From Thermoanaerobaculia bacterium (lineage in GTDB: Bacteria; Acidobacteriota; Thermoanaerobaculia; Multivoradales; UBA5704), in contig DASZEM010000046.1 in assembly GCA_035940855.1 (NCBI GenBank), forward strand, positions 34,805-98,804: a stretch of DNA of 64,000 bases. Reading direction: 5' to 3'. Positions 8,323 through 17,817 of this stretch are shown here, in pieces (positions within the stretch are counted from its first letter, which is position 1; every line of letters starts with the position of its first letter). A program made the position numbers and the translations under genes. The notes under the pieces are model-generated. The model did no database searches and was not told where the DNA came from. It worked only from the letters and a program-made list of their open reading frames with translations.

Positions 8323-10089
8323 TCAGCGGCCGACCCTGACGCCCCGGCTGACGAAGGAAGCCTGGGCGCCCACGTCGTCCCGCACGCCCACGGACACCCT
8401 CTGGTCCCCGCTCCGCATCAGCAGGGTCACCGAGTAGACGAAATACTTGTTCTTCGCCGTCTCGACCTCCGCCTTGGGAATGCTGATCGGCACCGGCGCC
8501 TGCTGCACGTCCGAGGTGCCGCCGTTCGAGTCCAGGGCGGCGATGAACAGCCGCACCTTGGCGTCGTCGCTCTTCTCGCGGGGCACCAGCACCAGCTTGC
8601 CGAGAGGGATGCGCACGTTCACCGGCACCAGGAAGTAGCCGTCCTCCCGGGGCTTCGCCTGGCCGAACTCCACCGAGACGCCGAGCGGGTTCTCCTCGAA
8701 GGGGAAGTTGAGCGCGGCGAGCGTGCCGTCGCTCATCCGCGCGTCGGTGCTCTTGTCGCGGTAGCCCTCGCGGTGGCGCACCAGGAGGTCCTTGCGGTTC
8801 TTCACCTTGACTTCGATCTTGTAGTACCGGCCGTCGCCGTAGTGGGGCGGCGTGTAGCCCAGCGAGTAGTAGGTGTTGAAGTCGCGGCCGATCTTCTCGA
8901 GCTGGGGCAGGACCACGTTGGTGTTGATGATGGCGAAGCCGCCCGTCTTCTCCGCCATGAGCTGGAGCGTGCTCTGGAGGTTCGAGAAACGCACGGAGTC
9001 GACGAGCTGGGTGAGCCCCGGCTGCGTGGGGCCCGGGCCCTGGTTCTCGGCCGTGGTGGACTCGTAGACCCGCAGGCCCGCGGCGTCGATGGTGTAGAAC
9101 GTGATGCGGTTCGCGTTGGCCTGGGCCGTCAGCTCGGTCAGGCGCCGGGAGACGTCGAACTCGAGCGTCTGCGTGAGGCTCGTCGACTGCTCGCCGTACT
9201 TGTTCTGCACGGCGTAGAAGACGTCCTGGCCGGCGATCATCTGCAGGCCGTCGCTCACGTAGAGCACCGCCTTGCGGCCCGGCATGCCGGCGAGCGAGTC
9301 CACGAGCTTCTTCAGCCCGTCCACCGAGAACGACAGATCGTTGTAGGTGGACTCGGCATAGGTGTGGGCGATGCTCTCCGCCTCGGCCGCGCTCTGCGAG
9401 TCCTGGATCCTCTGCAGGGCGTCGCGGCGCTCGGAGTCGGCGTGGACGCCCTGGGCCGAGATCTTCTCCAGGTCGCTCAGGGCCGAGGCGATCAGGGACG
9501 GATCGCTGGTGAACGTGCGGCGCACGTGCAGCTCGCGGTCGTAGGTGACCAGCATGAGCTGGTCGTCCTTGGCCAGGTTGTGGCCGATGAAGGCCCGCAG
9601 CTCGCGCATCACGCGGTTGCGGTTGAACGGCCGGAGGTTGAAGTTGTCGATGTAGATGACCAGGCGCAGCCGCTGGTCCTCGGGCGTCCGCGATGCCTGC
9701 GGGGGCCCGGCCGCCGCCGGCGCGGCGGGAGCCGGAGCCGCGCCGGGAGCCGCGGCGGCCGGGGCCGGTTCCTCGTCCACCACCACCGACTTGCCCGCGT
9801 TGACGGCGTAGAAGTTGGTGATCTCGACCGGCCGGCCGTTCTCCAGGATCTGGAAGTCGTCCTTGCTGAGGCCCGTGACCGGCTGGCCCTTCTTGTCCGT
9901 GACGTAGGCGTCGACGTTGACGACGCTCACGTTCACGATGTCGATGAACGGCTCGGGCTCCTTCTGCTGCTCGGCAGGGTCTTTCGGCAGCGGATCGCCC
10001 GGCTTGCGCATCTGGGCTCCCGTCCTGGCCGCGACTCCGATCGACAGGAGCAGGCCGCACACAATGAGAAAACGCTGGGTTGACCTCAT
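8323..10089 (-). CDS. Secreted VWA domain protein, VWFA-related Acidobacterial domain (TIGR03436-like), paralog 1
   Basis: 588 aa; signal peptide; conserved N-terminal module IDIVNVSVVNVDAYVTDKKGQPVTGLSKDDFQILENGRPVEITNF; VWA core with MIDAS-like motif (YIDNFN). Confidence 0.8.
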   Translation of the reverse strand: MRSTQRFLIVCGLLLSIGVAARTGAQMRKPGDPLPKDPAEQQKEPEPFIDIVNVSVVNVDAYVTDKKGQPVTGLSKDDFQILENGRPVEITNFYAVNAGKSVVVDEEPAPAAAAPGAAPAPAAPAAAGPPQASRTPEDQRLRLVIYIDNFNLRPFNRNRVMRELRAFIGHNLAKDDQLMLVTYDRELHVRRTFTSDPSLIASALSDLEKISAQGVHADSERRDALQRIQDSQSAAEAESIAHTYAESTYNDLSFSVDGLKKLVDSLAGMPGRKAVLYVSDGLQMIAGQDVFYAVQNKYGEQSTSLTQTLEFDVSRRLTELTAQANANRITFYTIDAAGLRVYESTTAENQGPGPTQPGLTQLVDSVRFSNLQSTLQLMAEKTGGFAIINTNVVLPQLEKIGRDFNTYYSLGYTPPHYGDGRYYKIEVKVKNRKDLLVRHREGYRDKSTDARMSDGTLAALNFPFEENPLGVSVEFGQAKPREDGYFLVPVNVRIPLGKLVLVPREKSDDAKVRLFIAALDSNGGTSDVQQAPVPISIPKAEVETAKNKYFVYSVTLLMRSGDQRVSVGVRDDVGAQASFVSRGVRVGR

Positions 10090-10149
10090 AGACCTCGATC
10101 TCTTTCTGGACTCTGTCCGCCGCGATTATACGGGACCCGTCCCTCAACC

Positions 10150-11823
10150 TCACTTCGGGGGCGGCAGGACCTCCACCCGCGTGGTCAGGATCTTGCCGCT
10201 CTGCGGATCGAAGATCGCCAGCGTCAGGTCGTGCGGCAGGCGGCGCAGCTTGATCCGGGTCTCGTACTTCACGGCGGTGCCCGCCTTGGGCTCCGTGTCG
10301 GACCGCAGCGTCACGGGGATCACCGGCACCGGCGCCCGGTTCCCGGCCGTGTCCATGGCCGCCACCCGCAGCTCGACCTCGGCCACGTACTTGCCTTCCA
10401 GGGGGATGAAGGTGACCGCGTCCACGGGGATGGCGAGCGCCACCGGCACCTCCATCTCCTTCCTCCCCACCGCCACGGGGCGGCCGATCTGGACGGCCAG
10501 CGGCGCCGCGTCCGGAGCGCTGCCGAAGAGCATGGCGCTCTCCACCATCATCGACGTCTCGGCCTTGCGGGAGAGGTCGAGGAAGTCCTCCCGCGCCCGC
10601 ACCTTGAGCCCCGGCCGGGCCACTTCGACGGCCACCCGGTGGCGCTTGTCGTTGCCCTGCCAGGACGGGGTGAAGCCGAGCCAGTAGTAGGACCGGGTGT
10701 CCGACTCGACGGCCGGCAGCACGTTCGTGCTCTGCGCGTTGAGGAGCGCCTTGCCGCCCGTCTGGTCCGCCACGAACGCCAGCGAGGCCTGGTGCTCCTG
10801 CTCGCGGATGTTGAGCCCGGCCGGCGCCGGCGAGGCCAGGCCGGCGTCCACCGTCCCGCTCTCGACGCCCGGCACGTCCACCGGATAGACCGTGTAGCCC
10901 AGGCGGTTGGCCGTGTCCACCAGCGGCCGGAAGATCTCTTCACCCCGCGGCACGTCGCGGTCCAGCACGGGCCGGTTCGGGTTGTTCACCACGAAGTCCA
11001 CGGGCGAGAACGGCCAGCCTCCCGAAAGCAGGAGCATCACCTTGCGTCCCGGGGGCGAGGCGAAGCCCCGCAGCGTGCTCGCCGCCGCCGCCACGGCCCG
11101 CTCGGTCTGCGCGGCGAGCCGGTCGGCGTACTCCAGCTCCTCGATGTCGAGGCGCTGGGCGAAGGACTGCCGGGGCGTGGGCTCGAAGCTCACGCCGGGC
11201 AGGCGGCGCGACGACTCGAAGCTGCGCAGCTCGGCGAGACGCGTCACGCCCTGGGCCCGGTCGCCGATCGCCTGCTCGACGGCCTGCCCGAGCTGGCGCT
11301 GCGAGCTCGTCCAGCTCGTCAGCATCCGCACCCCGCCGCCGTCATAGGCCACGATGGCCATGCGGTCCTCGGGCCCGAGCCGCGAGAGCTGGTCCTTCAA
11401 GCTGCGCAGCACCTCGTTGCGCCGCGGGCCGACCGAGAAGAAGTTGTCGACGAACACGAGGTAGCTGGTGCCCACGGGCGTGCCCGGAGCCAGGCTCGGC
11501 AGGCCCTTCACGGACGATTCCCCCCGCGAGCCATCCCCGCCCTCGGCGAGAGCGATCGCCTGGCCGCCGCGCACCTCGTTGAAGTACTCGATGGGGACGG
11601 TCTTGCCGTCCACCTTGAGGCGGAAATCGCCCGGCTTCAGGTCCGCCACGCGGTTGCCCTGCCGGTCCGTGACCACCACCTCGACGTTGACCACCCGCAC
11701 CTCGATCTGCTCGCCGAAGACGCTCGGGGGGGCCTGCGGCTCCTGGGCGCGGGCCGGCGGCACCCCCCCGAGCAGGACGAGCAGGGCCGCGAGGGCGAGC
11801 GGGATTGCATGGAGCTTTTTCAT
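10150..11823 (-). CDS. Secreted VWA domain protein (TIGR03436-like), paralog 2
   Basis: Start at ATG 11823 (MKKLHAIPLALAALLVLLGG..., RBS GGAG 6 nt upstream). Module IEVRVVNVEVVVTDRQGNRVADLKPGDFRLKVDGKTVPIEYF, then VWA domain (YLVFVDNFFS). Confidence 0.8.
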   Translation of the reverse strand: MKKLHAIPLALAALLVLLGGVPPARAQEPQAPPSVFGEQIEVRVVNVEVVVTDRQGNRVADLKPGDFRLKVDGKTVPIEYFNEVRGGQAIALAEGGDGSRGESSVKGLPSLAPGTPVGTSYLVFVDNFFSVGPRRNEVLRSLKDQLSRLGPEDRMAIVAYDGGGVRMLTSWTSSQRQLGQAVEQAIGDRAQGVTRLAELRSFESSRRLPGVSFEPTPRQSFAQRLDIEELEYADRLAAQTERAVAAAASTLRGFASPPGRKVMLLLSGGWPFSPVDFVVNNPNRPVLDRDVPRGEEIFRPLVDTANRLGYTVYPVDVPGVESGTVDAGLASPAPAGLNIREQEHQASLAFVADQTGGKALLNAQSTNVLPAVESDTRSYYWLGFTPSWQGNDKRHRVAVEVARPGLKVRAREDFLDLSRKAETSMMVESAMLFGSAPDAAPLAVQIGRPVAVGRKEMEVPVALAIPVDAVTFIPLEGKYVAEVELRVAAMDTAGNRAPVPVIPVTLRSDTEPKAGTAVKYETRIKLRRLPHDLTLAIFDPQSGKILTTRVEVLPPPK

Positions 11824-11916
11824 GGGGATCTCCAAGATTCAGAAAGGACGGCGCGGGGCCGTCCTGGGGTTCTCTCTAACGAGAACACCCGGAACGGCCC
11901 GTTCATTCTCCGGCCC

Positions 11917-13533
11917 TTAATGGACCTCGAGCTCCGCCCACGACCGCCCGCCGCCCGTCGTGTCCTCCACCGAGAAGACCACCCGCTGCTTGCCGGTGGG
12001 CAGCTTGAGGGTCGTCTCATAGCGGGCGTACGTCCCGGGCTTCGGCGCCTCGGGCAGGGTCAGGCGCAGCGGCAGCGTCTGGAGCCGCGCGCGGCCGTCC
12101 CCGTCGTCCAGCGAGCCCATCGAAAGGAGCGCCTGCGCCTCGTAGCCGCCTTCGACCGGCAGCGGCGTCAGCGAGCCGGCCGGGATCTCCAGGGTCACGG
12201 GCAGCTCTCTCTTCCAGAGCCCGATCCGCCGGGGCTCTCCGGCCGTCACCCGGATCCTGTCCGCGGCCGGATCCCCGCCGAAGAGCAGCAGGCTCTCCGT
12301 CTGGAGCCCCGCCTGGGTCTCGCGCGAGAAGTCCGAGAAGCCGCCCCGGGCCCGCACCCTGGTCCCCGGCCGTCGCACCTCGACGCGGATGTCGTGGCGC
12401 TTGCCGTCGGCCCGCCACTCGGGGGTGAAGCCCAGCCAGTAGTAGGTCCGCGTGTCCGCCTCGACCCGCTCGAAGGCGTTGAGCCGCGCCGAGTTGAGCA
12501 CCGCCTTGCCGCCCGTCTCTCCCGCCAGGTACTCCATGGCCTGGTGGACGCCCCGCTCCCAGTCCGCGGTGATGAACCCATGGGCAACCGACAAGGAGGC
12601 CTCGGCGCTGGCCCAACTCGACTCCGGGTCGAGCCCCTGGACGTCCACGGGGTAGATCGTGTAGCCGAGGAGGTTGGCCGTCTCCGTCACCGGCCGGAAC
12701 AGGTCCTCGGGCTCGTCGATGTCGAGGATGCTCGGAGCGTGGCGCAGGTCGGCGGTCTGGTACTGCGAGGAGATGGCCGGCCAGCCGCCGGAGAGCAGCA
12801 GCAGCACCTTGCGGCCCGGCGGCGGGGTCACGCCCCGCATGGCCGCCGAGGAGGCCGAGATCGCGCTCTCGACCTCCGTGAAGAGGCCGTATTCCACGCC
12901 GGGCTCGACGATCAGGTCGCCCGCGATCCCTTCGGACCGCCGCTCGGCCAGCCGCTGAAGCCCCCCCGTGGGGCGCTTCTGGGCCTCCTCGAAGGTGCGC
13001 CGCAGCGCGTCCCGGTCGCCGGTCCAGTTCGTCAGCAGGTCGATCCGCTTGCCGTCGAAGGCCACCACGGCCATCTGGTCGCCGGCGCCCAGCCGTCCCA
13101 GGTCGGCCAGGAGCCGCCGCAGGACCACGTCCCGCTGCGCCGCGATGGAGAAAGACTCGTCGATGAACACCAGATAGCTCGTCCCCACCTTGCCGCTCGC
13201 GGTCGCGGTCGCGGTCGCGGACACCGCGGGAGCCGGAGCGCCCGGCTCGGCCGGGGCCGCGGCGGCCGTCTCCCCGGCCGACACCTCCGTGAAGTAGTCG
13301 ACCGGCACCTCCTTGCCGTCCACCAGCAGCCGGAAGTCCGAGGCCTTGAGCCCCTGGACGCGATTACCGCGGCGGTCGGTCACCACCGCCTCCACGTTGA
13401 CCACGCGGACGTCGATCGACTCGGCATAGGAATTCTGCGCCGGGCGCGGATCGGCCGAGTCCGCCCGGACCGTCGGTGACAGCGCCAGCGCCGCCAGAGC
13501 TGGGGTGAAACAAACGAGACGGAGAAGCTTCAT
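11917..13533 (-). CDS. Secreted VWA domain protein (TIGR03436-like), paralog 3
   Basis: 538 aa; signal peptide MKLLRLVCFTPALAALALS; IDVRVVNVEAVVTDRRGNRVQGLKASDFRLLVDGKEVPVDYF; MIDAS YLVFIDESFS. Confidence 0.8.
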   Translation of the reverse strand: MKLLRLVCFTPALAALALSPTVRADSADPRPAQNSYAESIDVRVVNVEAVVTDRRGNRVQGLKASDFRLLVDGKEVPVDYFTEVSAGETAAAAPAEPGAPAPAVSATATATASGKVGTSYLVFIDESFSIAAQRDVVLRRLLADLGRLGAGDQMAVVAFDGKRIDLLTNWTGDRDALRRTFEEAQKRPTGGLQRLAERRSEGIAGDLIVEPGVEYGLFTEVESAISASSAAMRGVTPPPGRKVLLLLSGGWPAISSQYQTADLRHAPSILDIDEPEDLFRPVTETANLLGYTIYPVDVQGLDPESSWASAEASLSVAHGFITADWERGVHQAMEYLAGETGGKAVLNSARLNAFERVEADTRTYYWLGFTPEWRADGKRHDIRVEVRRPGTRVRARGGFSDFSRETQAGLQTESLLLFGGDPAADRIRVTAGEPRRIGLWKRELPVTLEIPAGSLTPLPVEGGYEAQALLSMGSLDDGDGRARLQTLPLRLTLPEAPKPGTYARYETTLKLPTGKQRVVFSVEDTTGGGRSWAELEVH

Positions 13534-13688
13534 CGTTTCCTCCTCCTGATGCCTATGGTTTCACATCCTTCAGGCGATTCAGCAAGGAGGATGCCCGGGG
13601 AAAACACCGGAAAGACACGAAAATCGTCCTGGGAAGAGGACGCCCCGGCCCCATCTCGGGAGACAGTCCTCTGGGGACAGTGGACGGC

Positions 13689-15209
13689 TCAGCGCTTGGG
13701 CCGCGGCTTGAAGTCCGCCGCGCCCCAGAGCGAGGTGCCGCTGAGGGGATCGTGGACGGTGAACACCAGCCGCTGCTCGGTGTCGCGGAGCTTGACCACG
13801 GTCTGGAAGCGGGCGTAGGTGCCGGGGCGCGGCGGCGCCTTGATTTCTACCTTGAGGCGCGAGCCCGGCAGGTCCGCCCGGCCGCCCTTGATGTCCATGG
13901 CCGCCACGGCGAGAGGGGTCTCGGCCAGGAAGCCCCTTCCCTTGGGCGTCAGGGCCAGCGACTCCACCGGCACTCCCAGGATGACGGGGATCTCGATCTG
14001 CCCGCGGCCAGCCCGGCGCGGCGCGCCGAGCTCGACGATCAACCGCCGGTCCTGCTCGGCGCCGCCGAAGATCAGCACGCTCTCCGCCTTCATGGCGTTT
14101 TCCGTGCGCCGCGAGAGGTCCGAGAAGCCCGTGCGGGCCCGCACCGTGAGGTCCGCCCGCCGGGGCTCGACCGCCACGCGATGACCCTTGTCGTCAGCCT
14201 TCCACGCCGGGGTGAAGCCGAGCCAGTAGTAGGAGCCCGTGTCCGCCACCACCTCGCGGAAGGCCTCCATTTTGGCTGAGACCGCCACCCGGCCGCCGGT
14301 CGCCCGCGCCAGCTTGTCGAGCGCCGTGACCGAGCGGGCATCCGATTGCGCCAGATCCACGGGGTAGACCGTGTAGCCGAGCCGGTTCGCGGCCTCGACC
14401 AGCGGACCATGGAGGCGCGGCGCCACGTTGAGCGACCAGGCGCCGGAAAGCATCAGCATGACCTTGCGGCCCGGCGGGGCCTCAAAGCCGCGCAGCGCGC
14501 TGGCCGCGGCCAGAGCCGTCTTGCCGAGTTGGGTGCGCGCTTCCGGGCTGATGCGCGTGGACATGGCGTCGAGGACCGCCCCGACGGTGCTCGGACCCGT
14601 GGGATCTCCATCGTCGAGGCTGGCGGCCGAGTCCAGGACCCAGTCCACGTCCGCCTGGAGCTTGCGCTGGTTGGCCAGCATCTCTCCGCCCTTGGCTGGA
14701 CGCCGGCGGGCCGTTGCGAGCGCCGCGGCGAGGACGGCATGGTCGCCCGTCCAGCCGCTCAGGACCTCGAGGTGGGAGCCGTCGAAGGCCAGCACGGCCA
14801 TCTGATCGCCGGACTTGAGCAGCGTCAGGTCACGCTCGAGCTTCTCCAGCAGCACATCGCGGGCATTGGCCAGGGAAAAAGACTCGTCGATGTAGACCAG
14901 ATAGTCCCGGCCGACCTCCTCCCCCGCCGCGACCGGCGAGGTCCCGGCGCCCGCAGTGTTAGCGGCAGTGGTCCCCTCCACCACCTCCGTGAAGTACTCG
15001 ACCGGCACCTCCTTGCCGTCCACCAGGAGACGGAAATCCCCCGCCGTCAGTCCGCGGACCCGCTGCCCCTTGGCATCCGTGACCACGGCCTCGACGTTGA
15101 CCACCCGGACGTCGATGGCTTCCTCGAAGACCTGCGGCGGCTGAGCGGCCAGAGGAGACATCCCGGACACTCCGATCGCTCCCCACAGCGCCAGTGACGA
15201 GAATTTCAT
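13689..15209 (-). CDS. Secreted VWA domain protein (TIGR03436-like), paralog 4
   Basis: 506 aa; signal peptide; IDVRVVNVEAVVTDAKGQRVRGLTAGDFRLLVDGKEVPVEYF; MIDAS YLVYIDESFS. Confidence 0.8.
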   Translation of the reverse strand: MKFSSLALWGAIGVSGMSPLAAQPPQVFEEAIDVRVVNVEAVVTDAKGQRVRGLTAGDFRLLVDGKEVPVEYFTEVVEGTTAANTAGAGTSPVAAGEEVGRDYLVYIDESFSLANARDVLLEKLERDLTLLKSGDQMAVLAFDGSHLEVLSGWTGDHAVLAAALATARRRPAKGGEMLANQRKLQADVDWVLDSAASLDDGDPTGPSTVGAVLDAMSTRISPEARTQLGKTALAAASALRGFEAPPGRKVMLMLSGAWSLNVAPRLHGPLVEAANRLGYTVYPVDLAQSDARSVTALDKLARATGGRVAVSAKMEAFREVVADTGSYYWLGFTPAWKADDKGHRVAVEPRRADLTVRARTGFSDLSRRTENAMKAESVLIFGGAEQDRRLIVELGAPRRAGRGQIEIPVILGVPVESLALTPKGRGFLAETPLAVAAMDIKGGRADLPGSRLKVEIKAPPRPGTYARFQTVVKLRDTEQRLVFTVHDPLSGTSLWGAADFKPRPKR

Positions 15210-15351
15210 ATCCCCCTCCTTGCAGAGCCTCTAAAGCTCAAAGCTTCAAGCAAGAGAGATGCCTTTCAGGAAGAGCGGAGAGTCCCAGGAGAACGCCGGG
15301 ACCGGCGTGCTCCGGAAAGGACGGGGGAAATCCTCCAAAGGAGACGGACGC

Positions 15352-15891
15352 CTACTCGACCGCGAACCGCACCCGGCCGATCGTCACGGCAGGGACGGGC
15401 TGCCGCTCCTCCTCCCCGCCTCCGGATTGGATCAGGCCCAGGGGGACGAACGTCACGGTGGCGCTCCCCGGTTGCCAGAGACCCCGCTCGTTCAAGGCGC
15501 GCGCGGTGTTCGTGACGTTGAAGCTGTGCTTGCCGCCGGTGTCGATGCCGTAGAAGGGCAGGAGGCCCACGTAGTGGAGGCTCCCCTCCCCGCCGGGCTC
15601 CGTCTTCCGGGGAAGATTCAGATAGACCTCGTAGACGATCCCCGGGTTCCGCGCGGCCGAGATGTCCTCGACGTTCAGCACCAGCCGGCGTCCGGGCGCG
15701 GTCCCGGAGAGGACGGCGGCGACCCTCGGCTGGAGGGCAGGCGGGATGCGCACCCCGGCGCGCACGGGCTTTCCCATCAACTCGACCGGAGAGTTTACCG
15801 GTTGCAGGCCGCTGGCACCGCAGCTCGCGGCGAGCAGCAGGGCGGCGAGAGGGGCGAAGAACGACAGGCGGAGGCGGGCGGGGGGGTTCAT
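15352..15891 (-). CDS. Lipoprotein homologous to the C-terminal lid domain of the adjacent tyrosinase
   Basis: Start at ATG 15891 gives lipoprotein signal MNPPARLRLSFFAPLAALLLAAS-C. Body aligns with tyrosinase residues ~395-511: LNVEDISAARNPGIVYEVYLNLP/LNIQGIQLEKQPGVYYEVYVNLP; KHSFNVTNTARAL/SHSFDITALAREL; ATVTFVPLGLI/VAVTFVPRGLV. Confidence 0.6.
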   Translation of the reverse strand: MNPPARLRLSFFAPLAALLLAASCGASGLQPVNSPVELMGKPVRAGVRIPPALQPRVAAVLSGTAPGRRLVLNVEDISAARNPGIVYEVYLNLPRKTEPGGEGSLHYVGLLPFYGIDTGGKHSFNVTNTARALNERGLWQPGSATVTFVPLGLIQSGGGEEERQPVPAVTIGRVRFAVE

Positions 15892-15954
15892 GGCGATGGC
15901 GATGCTCCTCTTCAGCCACAACACCTCCCGCCCGCCCGGGATTTCAATCCTCAC

Positions 15955-17481
15955 TCATTCTTCGCTGGTCAAGGTGATCTTGCCGACCTTGACCGGCGGC
16001 GTGGCCTGCGGCGCCGCCGCCGTCTGGCCCGTGGCTCCCACCAGGCCGCGCGGCACGAAGGTCACGGCGACGTTGCCCTCGTTCCACTGGTTCTGCGCCT
16101 TGAGCTCGCGGGCCAGCGCCGTGATGTCGAAGCTGTGGCTGCCCCCCTCCGGGCCGGCGTGGTCCGCGTGGGCCTCGAACCCGAAGAACGGCAGGTTGCC
16201 CGCGTAGTAGATGCTCTGGAAGTCGGGCGCCGCCCCCGGCGGGAGGTTGACGTAGACCTCGTAGTAGACGCCGGGCTGCTTCTCGAGCTGGATGCCCTGG
16301 ATGTTCAGGATCACCCGCGTGTCCGGTACCTCGGCGAAGGCCGGAGCGAGCCTCGGCCGGGCCTCCTGCTGGACCGGGACCGACACGCTCTCGGTCTTGC
16401 CGGTGAGCGTGACCGGCGAGGACGAGCTGGTGGCCACCAGCTCGGGCGCCCTCGGCTCCTCGGGCGCGGCTCCGGGGATCGGCGCCGGGGTTGGGAGCGG
16501 GATCGGGGTGACCGCCGGCGGATCGTCGTCGTAGCGGTAGCTCAACTGCGTCACCGTGTTGAGGACCTGGCTCCCCTTCATCGTCACCACCTGGCCGTTC
16601 TCGTCGATGAAGGTGAACGTGGTGTTCATCCACACCGAGTCGGTCGTGGGGTTCCTCCGGCCGCCGCCCTGGTCCAGCCAGCGCTTCCACAGGCGGTCGA
16701 TGTTGGCGTGGTGGGCCCAGAAGATGGGATCGCGGGCCGCCAGCGTGACGTAGCTCATGAGGCCCGTCTGGCCGCCCACGAGACCGTGGATCACGTCGTG
16801 CGGCTGCCGCTCCAGGTCCCCGTGCGGCTGCGCGAGGTGCGAGGGCGCCGTCAGCCGCTGGCCGCCGAAGCTCGCGCCGGAGCCCGTGGGCGAGGTGAAG
16901 CCGAGGTCCGTGAAGGCCGCGAAGAACGAGGTGGCCGAGGCGGGCAGCGAGGCCGTGCCCGAGTTCATGCCGGGCGCCCGGGCGGGCTCGTAGAGCGAGT
17001 TGCTCGAGCTGGCCGGCGAGCGGTACGGCGTCGGCAGGCGCCGCTGGGTCGGGTCCGTGTAGTTCCAGTACGGCAGAGCGAGGTTCGGATCACCCGAGGC
17101 CTTCCTCAGGATGCGCTCGAAATAGTAGAGATACATCCGGTGCCAGGCGAGGAAGAAGTAGCTCCCATGCTGGCACGAGTTGATGGCCGGCGGCAGCGGC
17201 GAAGGCACGGGCGAGATGCCGTGCATGTTCGCCTGATAGAGCCAGCCCGTCCGGTCGTTGGGATTCACCCGGGACCGGTCCTTCATCACCTGGACGCCCT
17301 TGCGCAGGGAGGTGATCTGGGCCGGCGTCAGCGTCGCGACGTTGCGGCGGACGAAGACCGTCGTCGTTGTCTGGGCCTCGGCGGGGGCCGCGGGCAGCAG
17401 GAAGCCCGCCATCGCCATCACCATCGTCAACAGAGCGAAGAGGCCCGCGATCCGGCGGTTGCGCGTGGAGATGCATGCCAT
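15955..17481 (-). CDS. Tyrosinase (type-3 copper polyphenol oxidase) with Tat-like signal and C-terminal lid domain
   Basis: CuA site H...HGSYFFLAWHRMY; PYWNYT; CuB site HDVIHGLVGG...FWAHHANIDRLW. Start set to ATG 17481 (RBS AAGGGAG 8 nt upstream) giving MACISTRNRRIAGLFALL. GTG 17490 is an alternative. Confidence 0.85.
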   Translation of the reverse strand: MACISTRNRRIAGLFALLTMVMAMAGFLLPAAPAEAQTTTTVFVRRNVATLTPAQITSLRKGVQVMKDRSRVNPNDRTGWLYQANMHGISPVPSPLPPAINSCQHGSYFFLAWHRMYLYYFERILRKASGDPNLALPYWNYTDPTQRRLPTPYRSPASSSNSLYEPARAPGMNSGTASLPASATSFFAAFTDLGFTSPTGSGASFGGQRLTAPSHLAQPHGDLERQPHDVIHGLVGGQTGLMSYVTLAARDPIFWAHHANIDRLWKRWLDQGGGRRNPTTDSVWMNTTFTFIDENGQVVTMKGSQVLNTVTQLSYRYDDDPPAVTPIPLPTPAPIPGAAPEEPRAPELVATSSSSPVTLTGKTESVSVPVQQEARPRLAPAFAEVPDTRVILNIQGIQLEKQPGVYYEVYVNLPPGAAPDFQSIYYAGNLPFFGFEAHADHAGPEGGSHSFDITALARELKAQNQWNEGNVAVTFVPRGLVGATGQTAAAPQATPPVKVGKITLTSEE

Positions 17482-17514
17482 GAGGGACACTCCCTTGTAA
17501 GGACAGCTTGTTTC

Positions 17515-17537
17515 GGTACTTTTTTAATTTTAGTACC
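17515..17537. promoter_or_regulatory. Perfect inverted repeat GGTACT-N11-AGTACC with A/T-only spacer in the tyrosinase promoter/5' region
   Basis: Seen in sequence ~35-55 bp upstream of the tyrosinase start. No T-run follows on either strand, so an operator is more likely than a terminator. Confidence 0.3.
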
Positions 17538-17817
17538 AGCTGACAAGAGTTGCAAGTCACGGGCGTGGCCCACACCTACAGGGCGGCCGAGGCGCTCAAG
17601 AAGACGTCGTTCCCTGTCTGATGGTGGGCTCGGCGGTGGCGGGAGCCATCTCCCTGGCGGCCAGCGTGAGATGGATGGCGCCGCATGGGGGGGTCTTCGT
17701 CCTGCTGATCCCCCATGCGGTCCAGAGCCTGGGTCTTTACGTCGCGGCCATCGTGGCAGGAACCCTGGTCACGGCGGCCGCGCTCTACCTGGTCAAGCGT
17801 CCGGTCGTTTCGGCAGC

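Noticed and set aside
8057-10153. 698-aa minus-strand ORF overlapping VWA paralog 1 in another frame
   Set aside because: Arg/Gly/Pro-rich and featureless; the 588-aa frame has a signal peptide and the VWA/TIGR03436 motifs.
10231-13479. 1082-aa plus-strand ORF
   Set aside because: Antisense to VWA paralogs 2 and 3; His/Arg/Gly-rich low-complexity translation.
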